The translations under genes were made by a program, and so were the position numbers. DNA of 61,339 nucleotides, counting the filler. It is 8 parts of 8 records of this genome, joined end to end, with 100 filler letters (N's around TTAATTAATTAA, not from the genome) between each part and the next. Parts side by side here need not be neighbours in the genome. Positions count along the whole stretch, not along the records: positions 37,628 to 46,297 come from SRR7504441_2524; positions 46,398 to 56,270 come from SRR7504441_2531; 6 more parts are not named here. One strand, given 5' to 3'. The stretch's first letter is position 1. Each line of letters begins with the position of its first letter. This document shows, in pieces, positions 43,697 through 54,900 of this stretch. The notes beneath the pieces are model-generated. The model made no database searches. It was not told the origin of the DNA and saw only the letters and a list, made by a program, of their open reading frames with translations.

Positions 43697-46297
43697 TCAT
43701 CTTTGACCAACCAATGAGCGCAAATGAGCCATGCAATTTTGAGCTAGGTTGTTATAAGACACCACACTCTTACCTGCTCCCATCCGAGTCAGACACACAA
43801 TATTGGCCAACGGTACCGCTCTTGTCGACGGTGAGCCTGCCGTAGCCTCCCTCTAGCACCGAGACGAGCTTCGCATTTGACATACGCCCCACCGCAGCAA
43901 TCGCATCTGAACACCCTGTGAGCGGCCTGGCAGTGGGCTCGCATGCCGGTGGCCCAGGCGTAATCTTGGGTAAGCAGATCCAGCCCATGGCAGGCGGTAG
44001 CCGGGTCCGAATCCACGCGGCGACAGCCTGCTAGCGAGTCAGTAGCCCGATTGAGGCAACCGCACCAAGATCGCGCTCAGCGCCATCAAACCCAGCCGAG
44101 ATCAGGATCAGCTCGGGGGCATACGCGCGGAGAGACGGCAACACCCGTTTGACAAGCTGCGAGCGGAAGTGCGAGCGACCGCCTGCGTCTTTGCCAACCC
44201 AGTTGACCGGAGAGCGTGGCTTCGCATAGGCCGAGGTGGCGCCGCGCGAACTCTCGCGGCGGCAGTTCCAGAGGGGCTGGATTGGGCAATTGACGATGTT
44301 GTGCCGCAGGTTGTCCCGCTCGCCGCTGCCGGGGTAGAACTCGTACTGGGGAGTCACCTGGTAAGAGCTCAGCGTTAGCTCGCAGCGCCTGGGCACCTCG
44401 TATAGGTGTGTGGAGCAGAAGAAGACACTATTCTGGGGCGAGTACTTCTTCATGCGCTCCATGATGATGTTCTCTGCACACAGCCAATGCACAGTCAGAG
44501 CGCTTGCTCAGAAGAGCGGTCACCAGTCCCGTTGCCGTGGTGAACGTCAAAGTCGATGATTGCAATTCGCCGGAGTTTGTGTGTCTCAAGCGCATGGATC
44601 GCTCCAATTGCCACCGAATTGAAGATGCAGAAACCACACGACACCCCACCGTCAATCAGCCCGTTGACTCCGGCGTGATGCCCAGGGGGGCGAACGACAC
44701 AGAATGCGCTGCGGTTCTCTCCCTGGATGACTCTATCGATCGCATAGACAACTGCGCCGGCTGCTCGGAGGGCAGCTGTGCGCGATCCTTGAGAGAAGGA
44801 CGTATCGCTGTACTCGTGCTCCTTGAGCTGTGTCACTGGGATTTTCAATGAGCGCTGCACTAGAGGAGTGAAGGGGACTGGTGCAGTAGCACCTTCCGAA
44901 AGACTGTCGTGTACCTGGTTGACAAGATCAATGTAGGCTTGCGAATGCGCCTTTGCGACAGCATCCATGCTGACCATGGGGAAGTCTTCATGCAGTTCAA
45001 GCTCCCATGAGTCGAACAGTCCACCTTCACCATTAGACAGCTCCTTCTGGAGAGCCTCCATGATGGCTATCACCCGCTGCGGAGCCTCCTGGTGCCCCTC
45101 GCGAGTGATGTGCCCAAGGAAGTCGGGATGATGCACCACGAGAGTCCTAAACTTGGGCCGCTTCTCGTACACCAGCTTCCGCACCCCCAGCCGCTTCTTT
45201 ACACTCATCTTGCTCTTCCACACACCAGCAATCTCAAGCGCAGTCTCGATGTTATTGTTGCAATGCAGCGGATCAGCCTTGGCTTCAAGAAGCATGTCAA
45301 CGCACGGGTTGTTCCCCATCCGAGCAGCCCGAAAGAGGGGTGTCTCTCCCGCCAAACTTTCCACATGGACCAAACTGTCCGATGCCTTAATCAAAACTTC
45401 CAACGCTGCAGCGTTGTTACTCGCTGCAGCCCAATGGGCCGCAGTATAGCCTTCCTTATCACAGAGGCTTGCAGAAGCACCAGCTTCAAGCAAGGCTTTG
45501 ATGGTCTCCCCCGATTTAACATGGTCCGAACTGTGAGTCGCATCGATCAATGGAGTGTAGCCCTGCTCCTGTTGCGCGTCGAGAACCCCCTGCAGTGCCT
45601 CCGGTGCGGTTTCTTTGATCAGAGTCTGCAGCTTCTCTAGGTCGCCCTTATAGGCGAGCCTGTGCAGTTCAGTGCGCTGCCCTGAGTCCATCTGCCCAGG
45701 CGTCATGTCAACCCCTGCGCCCTGCCCCTCGCCCTGCGCTCCTGCAGCTCCAGGCAACTCAAGCATGGGTGGCCTGCCATTCTTGGGCCCGGGCTGGCCT
45801 TGCTGTGTCGGCGTGATCACTCCCCATTCTGCAGGCTCGTCAGCTTCGAGCTCAACAGATATGGCAGCAGAGCGGCTTTCTTTATGGATCCCGAGCATTG
45901 AAAACTGCGGCGAGTCACCTGGCGAGCACGGGTCCTCTCGGCCAAGCTTGGCGTCGCCGCAAGGAGGACTAAGCGTGATTCGCTCCATCTTGTCCATCTT
46001 GGTCTTCTTCTTGGCCGCATTGGCGTCAGCCTGGCTCCGAGAGCGCTTGTTGCCGCCTCCGCCACCTGCGGGTACCATCGGGTGGTATGGGCAGGTGCCC
46101 CAGCGTCGACCGCAAGGCCCTCGCGCACCGATGGCCCCACACCGACGGACTCCTTGAGCGTCGATGAAGCCCTGCTCTGACAAGTCTGTGTTGACGGGCT
46201 GGCCCAGATGCGTAGCCTGACCACTGCCGAAATTCACGACCTTATCGGGCTTCTCCTTCTTGCGCTTCTTGTCGGGTCTGGGCTGCTCAGCCTTATC
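43697..46297 (-). CDS. ankyrin-repeat + class II-like histone deacetylase fusion, 5'-truncated
   Basis: About 4 ankyrin repeats, then HQEAPQR, RPPGHHAG, GFCIFN, DFDVHHGNGT, FYPGSG, ISAGFDG and VLEGGY. Confidence 0.9.
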
Positions 46298-46397
46298 NNN
46301 NNNNNNNNNNNNNNNNNNNNNNNNNNNNNNNNNNNNNNNNNTTAATTAATTAANNNNNNNNNNNNNNNNNNNNNNNNNNNNNNNNNNNNNNNNNNNN
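46298..46397. other. artificial contig linker
   Basis: N-run + TTAATTAATTAA + N-run. Confidence 0.98.
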
Positions 46398-46726
46398 TGC
46401 TGGCCTGGACCGACTCAGGCGAGCTGTTCTCATGGGGCGATGGCAGCTTTGGTAAGCTGGGCCACAGTTCAATTGAGACTGCGCATTCGGTCCGGCATGT
46501 GCAGGCGCTGGGGCATAAGAAAGTGGTGGCTGCCTCAGCCGGCTATCAGCACAGCGTTGTGGTAACTAGCGACCAAGAGGTCTACACATTTGGGCTGAAT
46601 GCCAGCGGGCAGCTAGGTCGGCGACCCACCGGGCAACTAGGCTGGAGCGCCATGCCACTGCAAGTCGAAGGGCTGCGGATACGCCCGCGCCCGCTCCAGA
46701 CGCCCGCGGCTAGCCCTTCCAAGTGA
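46398..46726 (+). CDS. RCC1-repeat protein, C-terminal fragment
   Basis: GELFSWGDGSFGKLGH and VVAASAGYQHSVVVT...VYTFGLNASGQLG. Confidence 0.85.
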
Positions 46727-46917
46727 TTGCTGCTGCATGGCAGTGTCACCCATACGATCAACGGAATCTCCTCACTCGGTTTGTGTCCTAGCGCACCTAT
46801 TGTGAAACCGAATGTACATTACGTACAAACTTAAGTTGTATAGAGAAATAGAAATATATTAAACATAGATGCAACGATGACAAAGATTAGAACGGGATTG
46901 TGCTGTGCCAGCCAATG

Positions 46918-47667
46918 TCAACTTGCTCTGCCTGTGGAGCGCTCCCCCCGCTTTCGAATCATTTGCTCGAACAGCCGCACCAACGTGTCCGAATCCTGCG
47001 CGCCGGGTACCTTGATGCTCAGCCCTGTCTCGGGATCGTGGATCACAAATAACGGCACACCCGTAGCCCCCAGCCGAGACTTGGCAAATTCGATCCCGCC
47101 ACTTACCTCCCCGTCGAACGCCCGCTCATCTTCTAGCACCGCCCGCGCCGCCACCTCGTCCAGTCCCACTGCCCGCACGGCAGCCATCAGCGCGGCAGGC
47201 TCGGCCGGGTTGATGCCCCCGAGATGGTACTGCTCGAACAGCACCCCCATCAGGGCGGCCTGCCTGCTCGGGCCCGACACCTCCAGTGCCCAGCTGCTCA
47301 GCCTGTGCGCGGTCCTTGTGGGACCGATCGTGCCCTGTGCGCTGTATTCGAGGCCCTCGGCCGCGAACAGCGCGGTCATCCGGCGGGTCATCTCGTCCAC
47401 GGCCGCTGCCGGGTCCGGGGTGCGCCGGAACTTGGCCAGGTAGGAGTCACGTTTGGGTACCCCCCGCTTGGGTAGCCCGGCGGCAAGTTCCCACGGCGCG
47501 TACTGCAGCGAGATCATCCCGGGCAGCTTGGCTGCGGCCGTCCGAAGCCGGCGCTGCCCGAGCAGGCACCAGGGGCAGATCACGTCGCTCACCTGCTCAC
47601 CTGCTTCATGAGGGGGCTAGTCTACACTCACCATCATCACCTCCAGAGGTCGGGCTGCCTCGGCCAT
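46918..47667 (-). CDS. DsbA-family (FrnE-like) thiol oxidoreductase
   Basis: Spliced MAEAARPLEVMMVSDVICPWCLLG...T..AHRL...GATGVPLF, with CPWC and the cis-Pro motif. Confidence 0.88.
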
Positions 47668-47709
47668 TGCCGATGAGTAACGGACGTTTTGGGCACGCAG
47701 CTGGTCGTG

Positions 47710-48969
47710 ATGGATGAGCAGCGGGGGCTGGCTGTTGCGCGGCTGGTGGCGGCCCGCTGGTGGTGCGCCCCGATGGTCGAGGCCTCCGACATGGCCTTCC
47801 GCCGGCTCACTCGGGCGCTCGGCTGCGGCGTCGCCTCCACTCCAATGATCCGGGCCCGGCCCTTCGTGCGCTCGCCCGGCTACCGCTCCCAGTGGCTTCT
47901 CCCCGGCTGCCCAGCCGACGAGCCGCGGCCCAACGACCGGCAAACGCTCTCGGTGCCCAGCGCTGTGGCGCCTCCGCTGCGGGTGCATTTCGAGAAGCCC
48001 GACCGGCCGCTGGTGGTGCAGCTGGCGGGGGACGATCCGATGGAGCTGGCGGAGGCCTGCAGGATAGTGGCCGGGCGGTGCGACGCCGTTGAGCTCAACC
48101 TTGGCTGCCCGCAGAGCTGCGCCCGCAACGGGCATTACGGGGCGTGGCTGATGGACGATCTCAGCCTCGTAGATCGGATAGTGCGCGCGATGCGGGAGGC
48201 TGTGCCGGGGCTGGCACTGCTGTGCAAGATCCGTGTGTTTAGCGGGTATCCGGCCACACTAAAGTACTGTCAAATGCTCGAGCAGGCGGGGGTGGACCTG
48301 ATCACAGTCCACGGGAGAACAAGGGAGGAGAAGAGATCGAGCGCCTGCCTCGCACGGTGGGAATATATAAGGCGACTAAAGGCAGACCTGGCAGTACCGG
48401 TAGTGGCCAATGGTAATATCCGCCGGATGGCCGATGCCCGGGCATGCCTGGAGTCCACCGCCGCCGACGGGGTAATGAGCGCCTCAGCGCTTCTCCGGAA
48501 CCCCGCTCTATTTAGCGGAGCTCGGTACAGCCGGCTGCAGCTAGCAGCGGCCTATCTGCACTTTGCTGACCGTTTCCCGCCACCGCCGGTGAATGTGGCG
48601 CTGCATCTACAGCAGATCTTGAAGGGGCCGCTGCTCCGGGAGCTCCGGCTGGAGCCGTTACTTCAGCAGCTGCACAGGAAGCAGCGGACGTTGGCGCTCG
48701 ATCGGCTGCAGACTGAGCTGTGCGAGGCGCTCACCAAAGCTTCGCTTGACCCGTCGCTGCCAGGCACGATGCATGAATCAGAGTACTTCCCGCAGCTGGA
48801 GTTTGATAAGGACGAAGCGAGTGACAGAGGGCTCGCGTTCAAGCAGCAGTTGCAATCTCTGAGGAGTACGCTTGAGGCCGAGAATCGGCGGATTGATGGT
48901 ACTGGGTTCATCACAGCCGAGTTTGCGGAGGCAATGGGCAATTATACTGACGAATTGCAGAATGCATGA
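47710..48969 (+). CDS. DUS1: tRNA-dihydrouridine synthase, Dus1-like
   Basis: APMVEASD, DRPLVVQLAG, ELNLGCPQ...GHYGAWLM, CKIR, ITVHGRT, VVANGNI and DGVMSA..LLRNPALF. Confidence 0.88.
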   Translation: MDEQRGLAVARLVAARWWCAPMVEASDMAFRRLTRALGCGVASTPMIRARPFVRSPGYRSQWLLPGCPADEPRPNDRQTLSVPSAVAPPLRVHFEKPDRPLVVQLAGDDPMELAEACRIVAGRCDAVELNLGCPQSCARNGHYGAWLMDDLSLVDRIVRAMREAVPGLALLCKIRVFSGYPATLKYCQMLEQAGVDLITVHGRTREEKRSSACLARWEYIRRLKADLAVPVVANGNIRRMADARACLESTAADGVMSASALLRNPALFSGARYSRLQLAAAYLHFADRFPPPPVNVALHLQQILKGPLLRELRLEPLLQQLHRKQRTLALDRLQTELCEALTKASLDPSLPGTMHESEYFPQLEFDKDEASDRGLAFKQQLQSLRSTLEAENRRIDGTGFITAEFAEAMGNYTDELQNA

Positions 48970-49165
48970 GTTATGGTTTATTAAACACATGTACATTCAA
49001 CTATACTACGATATCGATGATCATTATGATAATCAAGAGTCGATGCATGTAACAATCGGAGATGCACATAAGATGCACCACGCGTCTTGTGAATGCTTGT
49101 GGATGTTCGTGTCTGCATAAGATCTTGCGACCTCGAACGATCATCATACTGCGCGCCATTCGCGC

Positions 49166-51799
49166 CTAAGGGCACTGCCCCTCCGAAGTGCAAGATAAGT
49201 CGAGGGAGGTCGGGATGTTGAGCAGCCCACGACCGTTGTTGATGCTGACGAAGAAGTCCGAGAACACCAACGACAAAATCGCCATCAGCTTCATCACAAT
49301 ATTGAGTGCTGGACCCGACGTGTCCTTGAGCGGATCGCCGACCGTGTCGCCGGTCACAGCTGCCTTGTGCAGCTCGGTCTTCTTGCCTTGGACGACTAGC
49401 AGTTCCTGCCCAATGTACTGGTCGCTTGAGACTTCCACCGCCGTGTTGCGTGGCGAATCAGGGGTCTTGATAATAGGGTGCTCCTCGGCGTAGGATTCAG
49501 TAATTGTCATAGTGACGCAGACCTTGCCCGACTCGACGTATTTCTTGGCGTTGTCCCAAGCGCCACCCGAGTTGGACTGGGAGATTGCCAGCTGCACCGC
49601 TGAGATCAACGAGCCAACAAGCAGCCCGCTCACAGCCTCAACACCAAACAGCGCACCAGTGATAACTGGAGATAGCATCACCAGCATGGCCGGCGCGACC
49701 ATCTCCCTCAGTGAGGCGTCTGTTGAGATCGCGATGCATTCCTGGTAGTCCGGAGTCATCGTTTTGGCCCAGATTGCCTCCCCGTTTTCTTGAAATTGCT
49801 TCTTGACGTTGGCGACCATTGCCTTGGCGGCCATACCGACGCTTTTCATGCAGTAGGCGGTGAACCAATACGGGAGCATAGCCCCGAGGAACAGAAATGA
49901 GAAAGTGATTGGCCTCAGAACGTTGATCGTCACTTCGCGCCCGCCTGCACTGTGAGCAGCGAGGCGAGAAACAAACCCTCCGAAGAGGGCAAGAGAGACC
50001 AGTGCTGCAGATCCTATAGCGAAGCCCTTGCCGATTGCCGCAGTAGTGTTGCCAGCAGCATCGAGCGCATCAGTCTTCTCGCGAACGAATGACGGGAACT
50101 CGGCCATCTCTGCCAGCCCACCGGCATTGTCGGCGATCGGGCCGTAGACGTCTATGCTAAGGCACGTGCAGAGAGTGCCCAGCATACCCAGCGCGGCCAG
50201 AGCCACTCCGTACATTCCACAGAGCTGGAACGAGACAAACACATTGATCGCCAGCAGCACAATCGGGATGATGCAAGACAAGTACCCGAGCGCCAGCCCA
50301 TAAATGATGTTGGTGGCGGCTCCCGATTCGCACGACTCTGCTACCTCCCGAACTGGCTTGTACGAGTGCGAGGTGTAGTATTCAGTGATGAACCCAATCA
50401 GGCATCCGCCCCACAGGCCGCACACCACGCAGATCCAAGCTCCCCAGTTGGTGCACCTGGCAAGCTCAGGAGACTCGCTGGTGTTGATCTCGTACAAATC
50501 TTGGAATGAGAACTTGTCTGGCAGGCAGCACATGGCCACAGGGAGTGTGGTGATTGTCATCAAGGCCGCCGAGGTGAACAGCTGCACCTTGAGCACCTTC
50601 TCGACGTCCTTCTCGGCAGCCACCGGCTGGATGTGCGTGGCCACAAAGCTTGTGAGCATGCAAGTCACAATCCCAAAGGCTGAGATCAGGAGCGGGAACA
50701 TGAAAGCTGAAGTGCCCACAGACACGATCTCCGGGCTGCTGGCAGAGATCACCAGAGCGGCGCACGAAGCCTCGGCGAAGGAACCGAATAGGTCCGAGCC
50801 CATCCCGGCCACATCTCCTACGTTGTCTCCGACGTTGTCTGCAATTGTGGCTGGATTGTAAGGAGAGTCTTCATCGAGCATGTGCTGGACCATCTTGCCG
50901 GTATCCGGATCGCGCACAGTCACCCCGGCCACCTTCCCGCTCAAGTCTGCACCGACATCGGCCGCTTTGGTGAAGATTCCACCGCCAACTCGTCCAAACA
51001 AGGCCATAGAAGAGCCGCCGAGCCCGTAGCCCGCAATGCACTCAAACAGCCGCTTTGCCGAGCTGCTGCTGCTGCTCGCGCTCATCGAGTACTCCTCGCT
51101 AAGGCTGGCGTAGCTGAAGATCAGGACGTAGAGCACAATCAGCGCCAACCCGCATAGAGCGAACCCCATCACAGATCCAGCAATGAATGCCGCGTTGAAC
51201 GAGCCGCGCCAGCCTTCCGATCCTGGCTTGACCGCCTCGACCGTTACCCTCGCGTTGGCGTAGACCGCCACCGTCATCCCGATGTAACCTGCGATCAGCG
51301 AGGTGACCGCCCCGACCACGAAGGAGATCGAGGTAAGCATGCCAATGTTCCAGTTCCAGCTGTGCTCGATCTTCCCGTCGGCCATCTCGGTGCCGCTAGA
51401 GCAGAGAACCAGAATCACAAGCGCGAAGAGCACGGTGAACTTGATGCACAGGATGTACTGGGACTTGAGGAAGGAGGCCGCTCCGGTCCGGACGAACTCG
51501 TAGATCTTGATCAGCTCCTGGAAGTTGGCGTGCGTCACCTCCGTATCCTCCGCCTTCTCGTGGTCCACCAGCTCGTTGAACTCGGCGCCCCCCGCGTTGG
51601 CACTGTCCCTGATCGCGGCCGACTCGGCCGGGGTAGTGGGAAGGATGATCGCTCGCACATTCATGAACTGCCAGATCCCGAACCCGATTCCGATCAGAGC
51701 CCCGACCACCACCAGTCCGGAGGCGACCGCCGGGCCGAACGCGGTCGAGCATTCGAGCCCGAGCTTGCCGACAGTCGAGCAGACTAGTTCGTGATCCAT
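49166..51799 (-). CDS. K+-dependent H+-translocating inorganic pyrophosphatase (V-PPase, AVP1-type)
   Basis: GGGIFTKAADVGADL, DNVGDNVGDVAGMGSDLF, TEYYTS, DAAGNTTAAIGKGFAIGS (Ala at the K+-dependence site), GGAWDNAKK and GDTVGDPLKDTSGP. Confidence 0.97.
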   Translation of the reverse strand: MDHELVCSTVGKLGLECSTAFGPAVASGLVVVGALIGIGFGIWQFMNVRAIILPTTPAESAAIRDSANAGGAEFNELVDHEKAEDTEVTHANFQELIKIYEFVRTGAASFLKSQYILCIKFTVLFALVILVLCSSGTEMADGKIEHSWNWNIGMLTSISFVVGAVTSLIAGYIGMTVAVYANARVTVEAVKPGSEGWRGSFNAAFIAGSVMGFALCGLALIVLYVLIFSYASLSEEYSMSASSSSSSAKRLFECIAGYGLGGSSMALFGRVGGGIFTKAADVGADLSGKVAGVTVRDPDTGKMVQHMLDEDSPYNPATIADNVGDNVGDVAGMGSDLFGSFAEASCAALVISASSPEIVSVGTSAFMFPLLISAFGIVTCMLTSFVATHIQPVAAEKDVEKVLKVQLFTSAALMTITTLPVAMCCLPDKFSFQDLYEINTSESPELARCTNWGAWICVVCGLWGGCLIGFITEYYTSHSYKPVREVAESCESGAATNIIYGLALGYLSCIIPIVLLAINVFVSFQLCGMYGVALAALGMLGTLCTCLSIDVYGPIADNAGGLAEMAEFPSFVREKTDALDAAGNTTAAIGKGFAIGSAALVSLALFGGFVSRLAAHSAGGREVTINVLRPITFSFLFLGAMLPYWFTAYCMKSVGMAAKAMVANVKKQFQENGEAIWAKTMTPDYQECIAISTDASLREMVAPAMLVMLSPVITGALFGVEAVSGLLVGSLISAVQLAISQSNSGGAWDNAKKYVESGKVCVTMTITESYAEEHPIIKTPDSPRNTAVEVSSDQYIGQELLVVQGKKTELHKAAVTGDTVGDPLKDTSGPALNIVMKLMAILSLVFSDFFVSINNGRGLLNIPTSLDLSCTSEGQCP

Positions 51800-51916
51800 G
51801 CGCGCTCGATTATCGCCGGCTCGCGCGCCAGGAGTTACGTCAAGAATCCGAGCCGTTGCTCAAACGGAAATAAACGGCCGCTCTCTGCCAACCGCGCGTC
51901 GTGAACGAAACACACA

Positions 51917-54900
51917 ATGCCAGTGTACCCTTCCGGCCCGACCGCGTGCCTGGACGACCCGGGCTGCTCGCCCAAGATCGAGAGCCCCGATTCGGCTGGC
52001 CCGGTGACTTTCTATTGCTTCTGGGCCGTGGTCGGACTGTTGGTGCTCTTGTTCGCGATCTACAAGAAGGTATGGGTGGGCCGGTACCATGAAGCCAAGG
52101 GCAAGCTGCGGCACTCGATGGTGGTGGGCGACGACGCGGCCCCGGCCGAGGAGGGCGGGATTGAGCTGACCGAAGTCGTGACGGAGGTCAACCCGATGAA
52201 GGAGGTGCCGCCCGGGCGTGAGGCCGCGGGCTGACCGGCCGGCCAGGACATAGACGAGAAACTCCCGGCAGCGGAGGCGCCCCAGCTGGAGCCGGCGGGG
52301 GACAGTGGGATGACGATGCTCGGTTACCGCGAGAATTTGATGGGTCAAATCTGCTGGGTGCTGATCATTCTGCTCTCGCTTTGCTGGATTGTGATCTTCA
52401 TAGTGATCATGGTCGACCAGTACAACATGTGCCAGTTCAAGAGCGTGGACGACGCCTGCTTCTACGGCGACTACTTTATCTTCGGCAACTACGAGCGTAA
52501 CTCCAAGTGGGTTTGTGATCACCGAACAGGACTGAGCTTGCTTGCAGGTACATGTTTGCTGCGTGGCTGCTGTGCATTCCTTGGTACGTCTTCCTGATCG
52601 AGAGAGGCACCTACATCCGGAACTGGCTCCGGCTGCCGGTCTCGCTGGACGAGGCCGAGGTTGTGCTGGTCACAGCGACCTCTCAAGGCGAGCGTATGGT
52701 AGTCAACCCAGGCAAACTGCTCCAGCTGTGGCTCTCACTGCTGTCCTGCATCTCCTCCAACGCGCATGTGCACCAGGAGACAGTCCCTGTGGTCGAGACA
52801 GAGGATGGGATGCGCTACTTTGAGTTCGAATGCAAGCGATTTGTGTTCCAGAATGACACGTTCGAGCAAGCCAAGGTGGTGGTCGGACCAACTCTTGAAG
52901 AGATCCATGAAGGCGCCATCCGAGGGCTGACACACAAAGAATGGCAGGACCGCACCAATAAACTCGGGCCGAACAAGATACCTTTCACAGTACGCCTAGC
53001 TGTTGTTGGCCCGCGGTCTAATTCAATTCATTGCAGGTCACGCCGCTGATGACCCTGATGGCCGAGGAGCTTTTCTCGTATTTCTACCTGTACCAATTGA
53101 TCATGTATATCGTCTGGTGAGCAGACCGAGTCGCGCTGGAACGCTCATCGGCATGGCAGGTTCTGGTTTAGTTATCTGATTGTGGCGATGGTCTTGTTCT
53201 CCGTTGTTTGCATTTCAGCCGCCGCCAACATTTACATCAAGCGTTCGCATCAGGTGCCTCGATGCCCATGCGCCTGCTGTCTCACACACTACAGGTCACA
53301 ATCGCTTCCATGACTGCATACCACACGGACGTAGAAGTGTGCCGTGACGGCGAATGGAAGACTGTTGACTCCATAGACTTGGTGCCCGGTGACACTGTCA
53401 GAGTCCAGAGCGATCAGATTGCGCCTTGTGACATGGCCCTGGTGCATGGCTCCGCTGTGTGCGACGAGAGCGGGCTCACTGGCGAGTCAATGCCGGTTGG
53501 CAAGTCTGTGCTTCTAAGGAACAACAAGCTGTATGACGTAGGCAAGAACAAGTCAAGCACGCTGTTCGGGGGCACAAAGGTGCTGCAATCAGGCTCAGAG
53601 TCGCCAGATGGCGAGGAGGCCGCTTCGGTTGCGGTGGTGACTGCCACTGGCATCAACGCAGACAAGGGCCAGCTGATATCGCAGATCCTGCACCCGACAC
53701 CGATGTCCTTCAAGTACGACGAAGAGCTGCCGCTGGTGGTTGTAATACTACTGATATACGCCCTGGTGTGCTTCATCCTATCGCTTTACCTTCAATCAAA
53801 CAGCGGGGCTACGTCTGCCTGGACCACCAAGTGGGCTTACGGAGTCTTCACTGTATCCCAAATTGTGTCCCCTCTGCTCCCAATTGCACTCGTAGTCGGG
53901 CAGACCATGTCTTCCCAGCGGCTGCAAGATGTGGGCGTGTGCTGCCTCGACCCGAAGCGGATCGCCATCTCTGGCAAAGTACGAGTCGCCTGCTTTGACA
54001 AGACTGGCACGCTCACCAAGGAGGGCCTGGACTTCCTGGGGGTCCACGAATGCGAACCGCTCGCAGCCGGTGGATTCGGGTTCAAGGACAAGGTTGAGGT
54101 AGACGCTGAGAAGCCCGACGAGGTCCTTGTTGTTGGGCAAGATGTCGAAAACGCACTCGCGACTTGCCACAACGTCAAGCCGATGAAAGCGACTCTTGTG
54201 GGCAATCAAGTCGAAGTGAAAATGTTCACCTACTGCCAAGACAACTGTGGGTACAACCTTGTGCAAGATGCCTCTGGCAAGACTCGATCTGTGACCAACA
54301 CAGCAAAAAACATCAATATGCAGATCTGCAAAACCTTTGAGTTTGATCACGGAAGAATGACTATGACTGTGGTTGTGCGAGACTGCAACACTGGAGAGGT
54401 AACTGTGTACTGCAAAGGGTCTTATGAACGCATCGGGGAACTGTGTGGCAAATCGAATTCGAGGCCGTCTGATTTCGACCCAGTGTCCAAAGGACATGCG
54501 ACATGCGGCTGCTACGTGCTTGGGATGAGCATGCGGCACATGGGAAACCTGACTGACGAACAGATCCAAGCAATGACCCGCGACCAAGCCGAAATGGACG
54601 GACCTCTTACCCTTATCGGCCTGATTCTTTTCCGAAACGAGCTCAAGCCGGACAGTGCCCAGGCGATGATTGCTCTCAAGGAGGGCGATGTTCGGAACGT
54701 GATGCTCACTGGCGACAACGCTCAATGTGGATGCTACATCGCCCGGAAGGTTGGGATGGTCGACCCGGAGCACCTTGTATTGTTTGGTGACGACGAGAAG
54801 AAGACTGGCACCGTCACGTGGACCCAGATGGGTGGCGGGGACCGCGAGTTCGACCAAGAGGAAGTGGACAAGTACATTGATATGCTGAAAGGGTTGTATG

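Noticed and set aside
47560-47592. Selenocysteine-containing DsbA (UxxC), as known in some algae
   Set aside because: Both active-site codons are TGC (CPWC).
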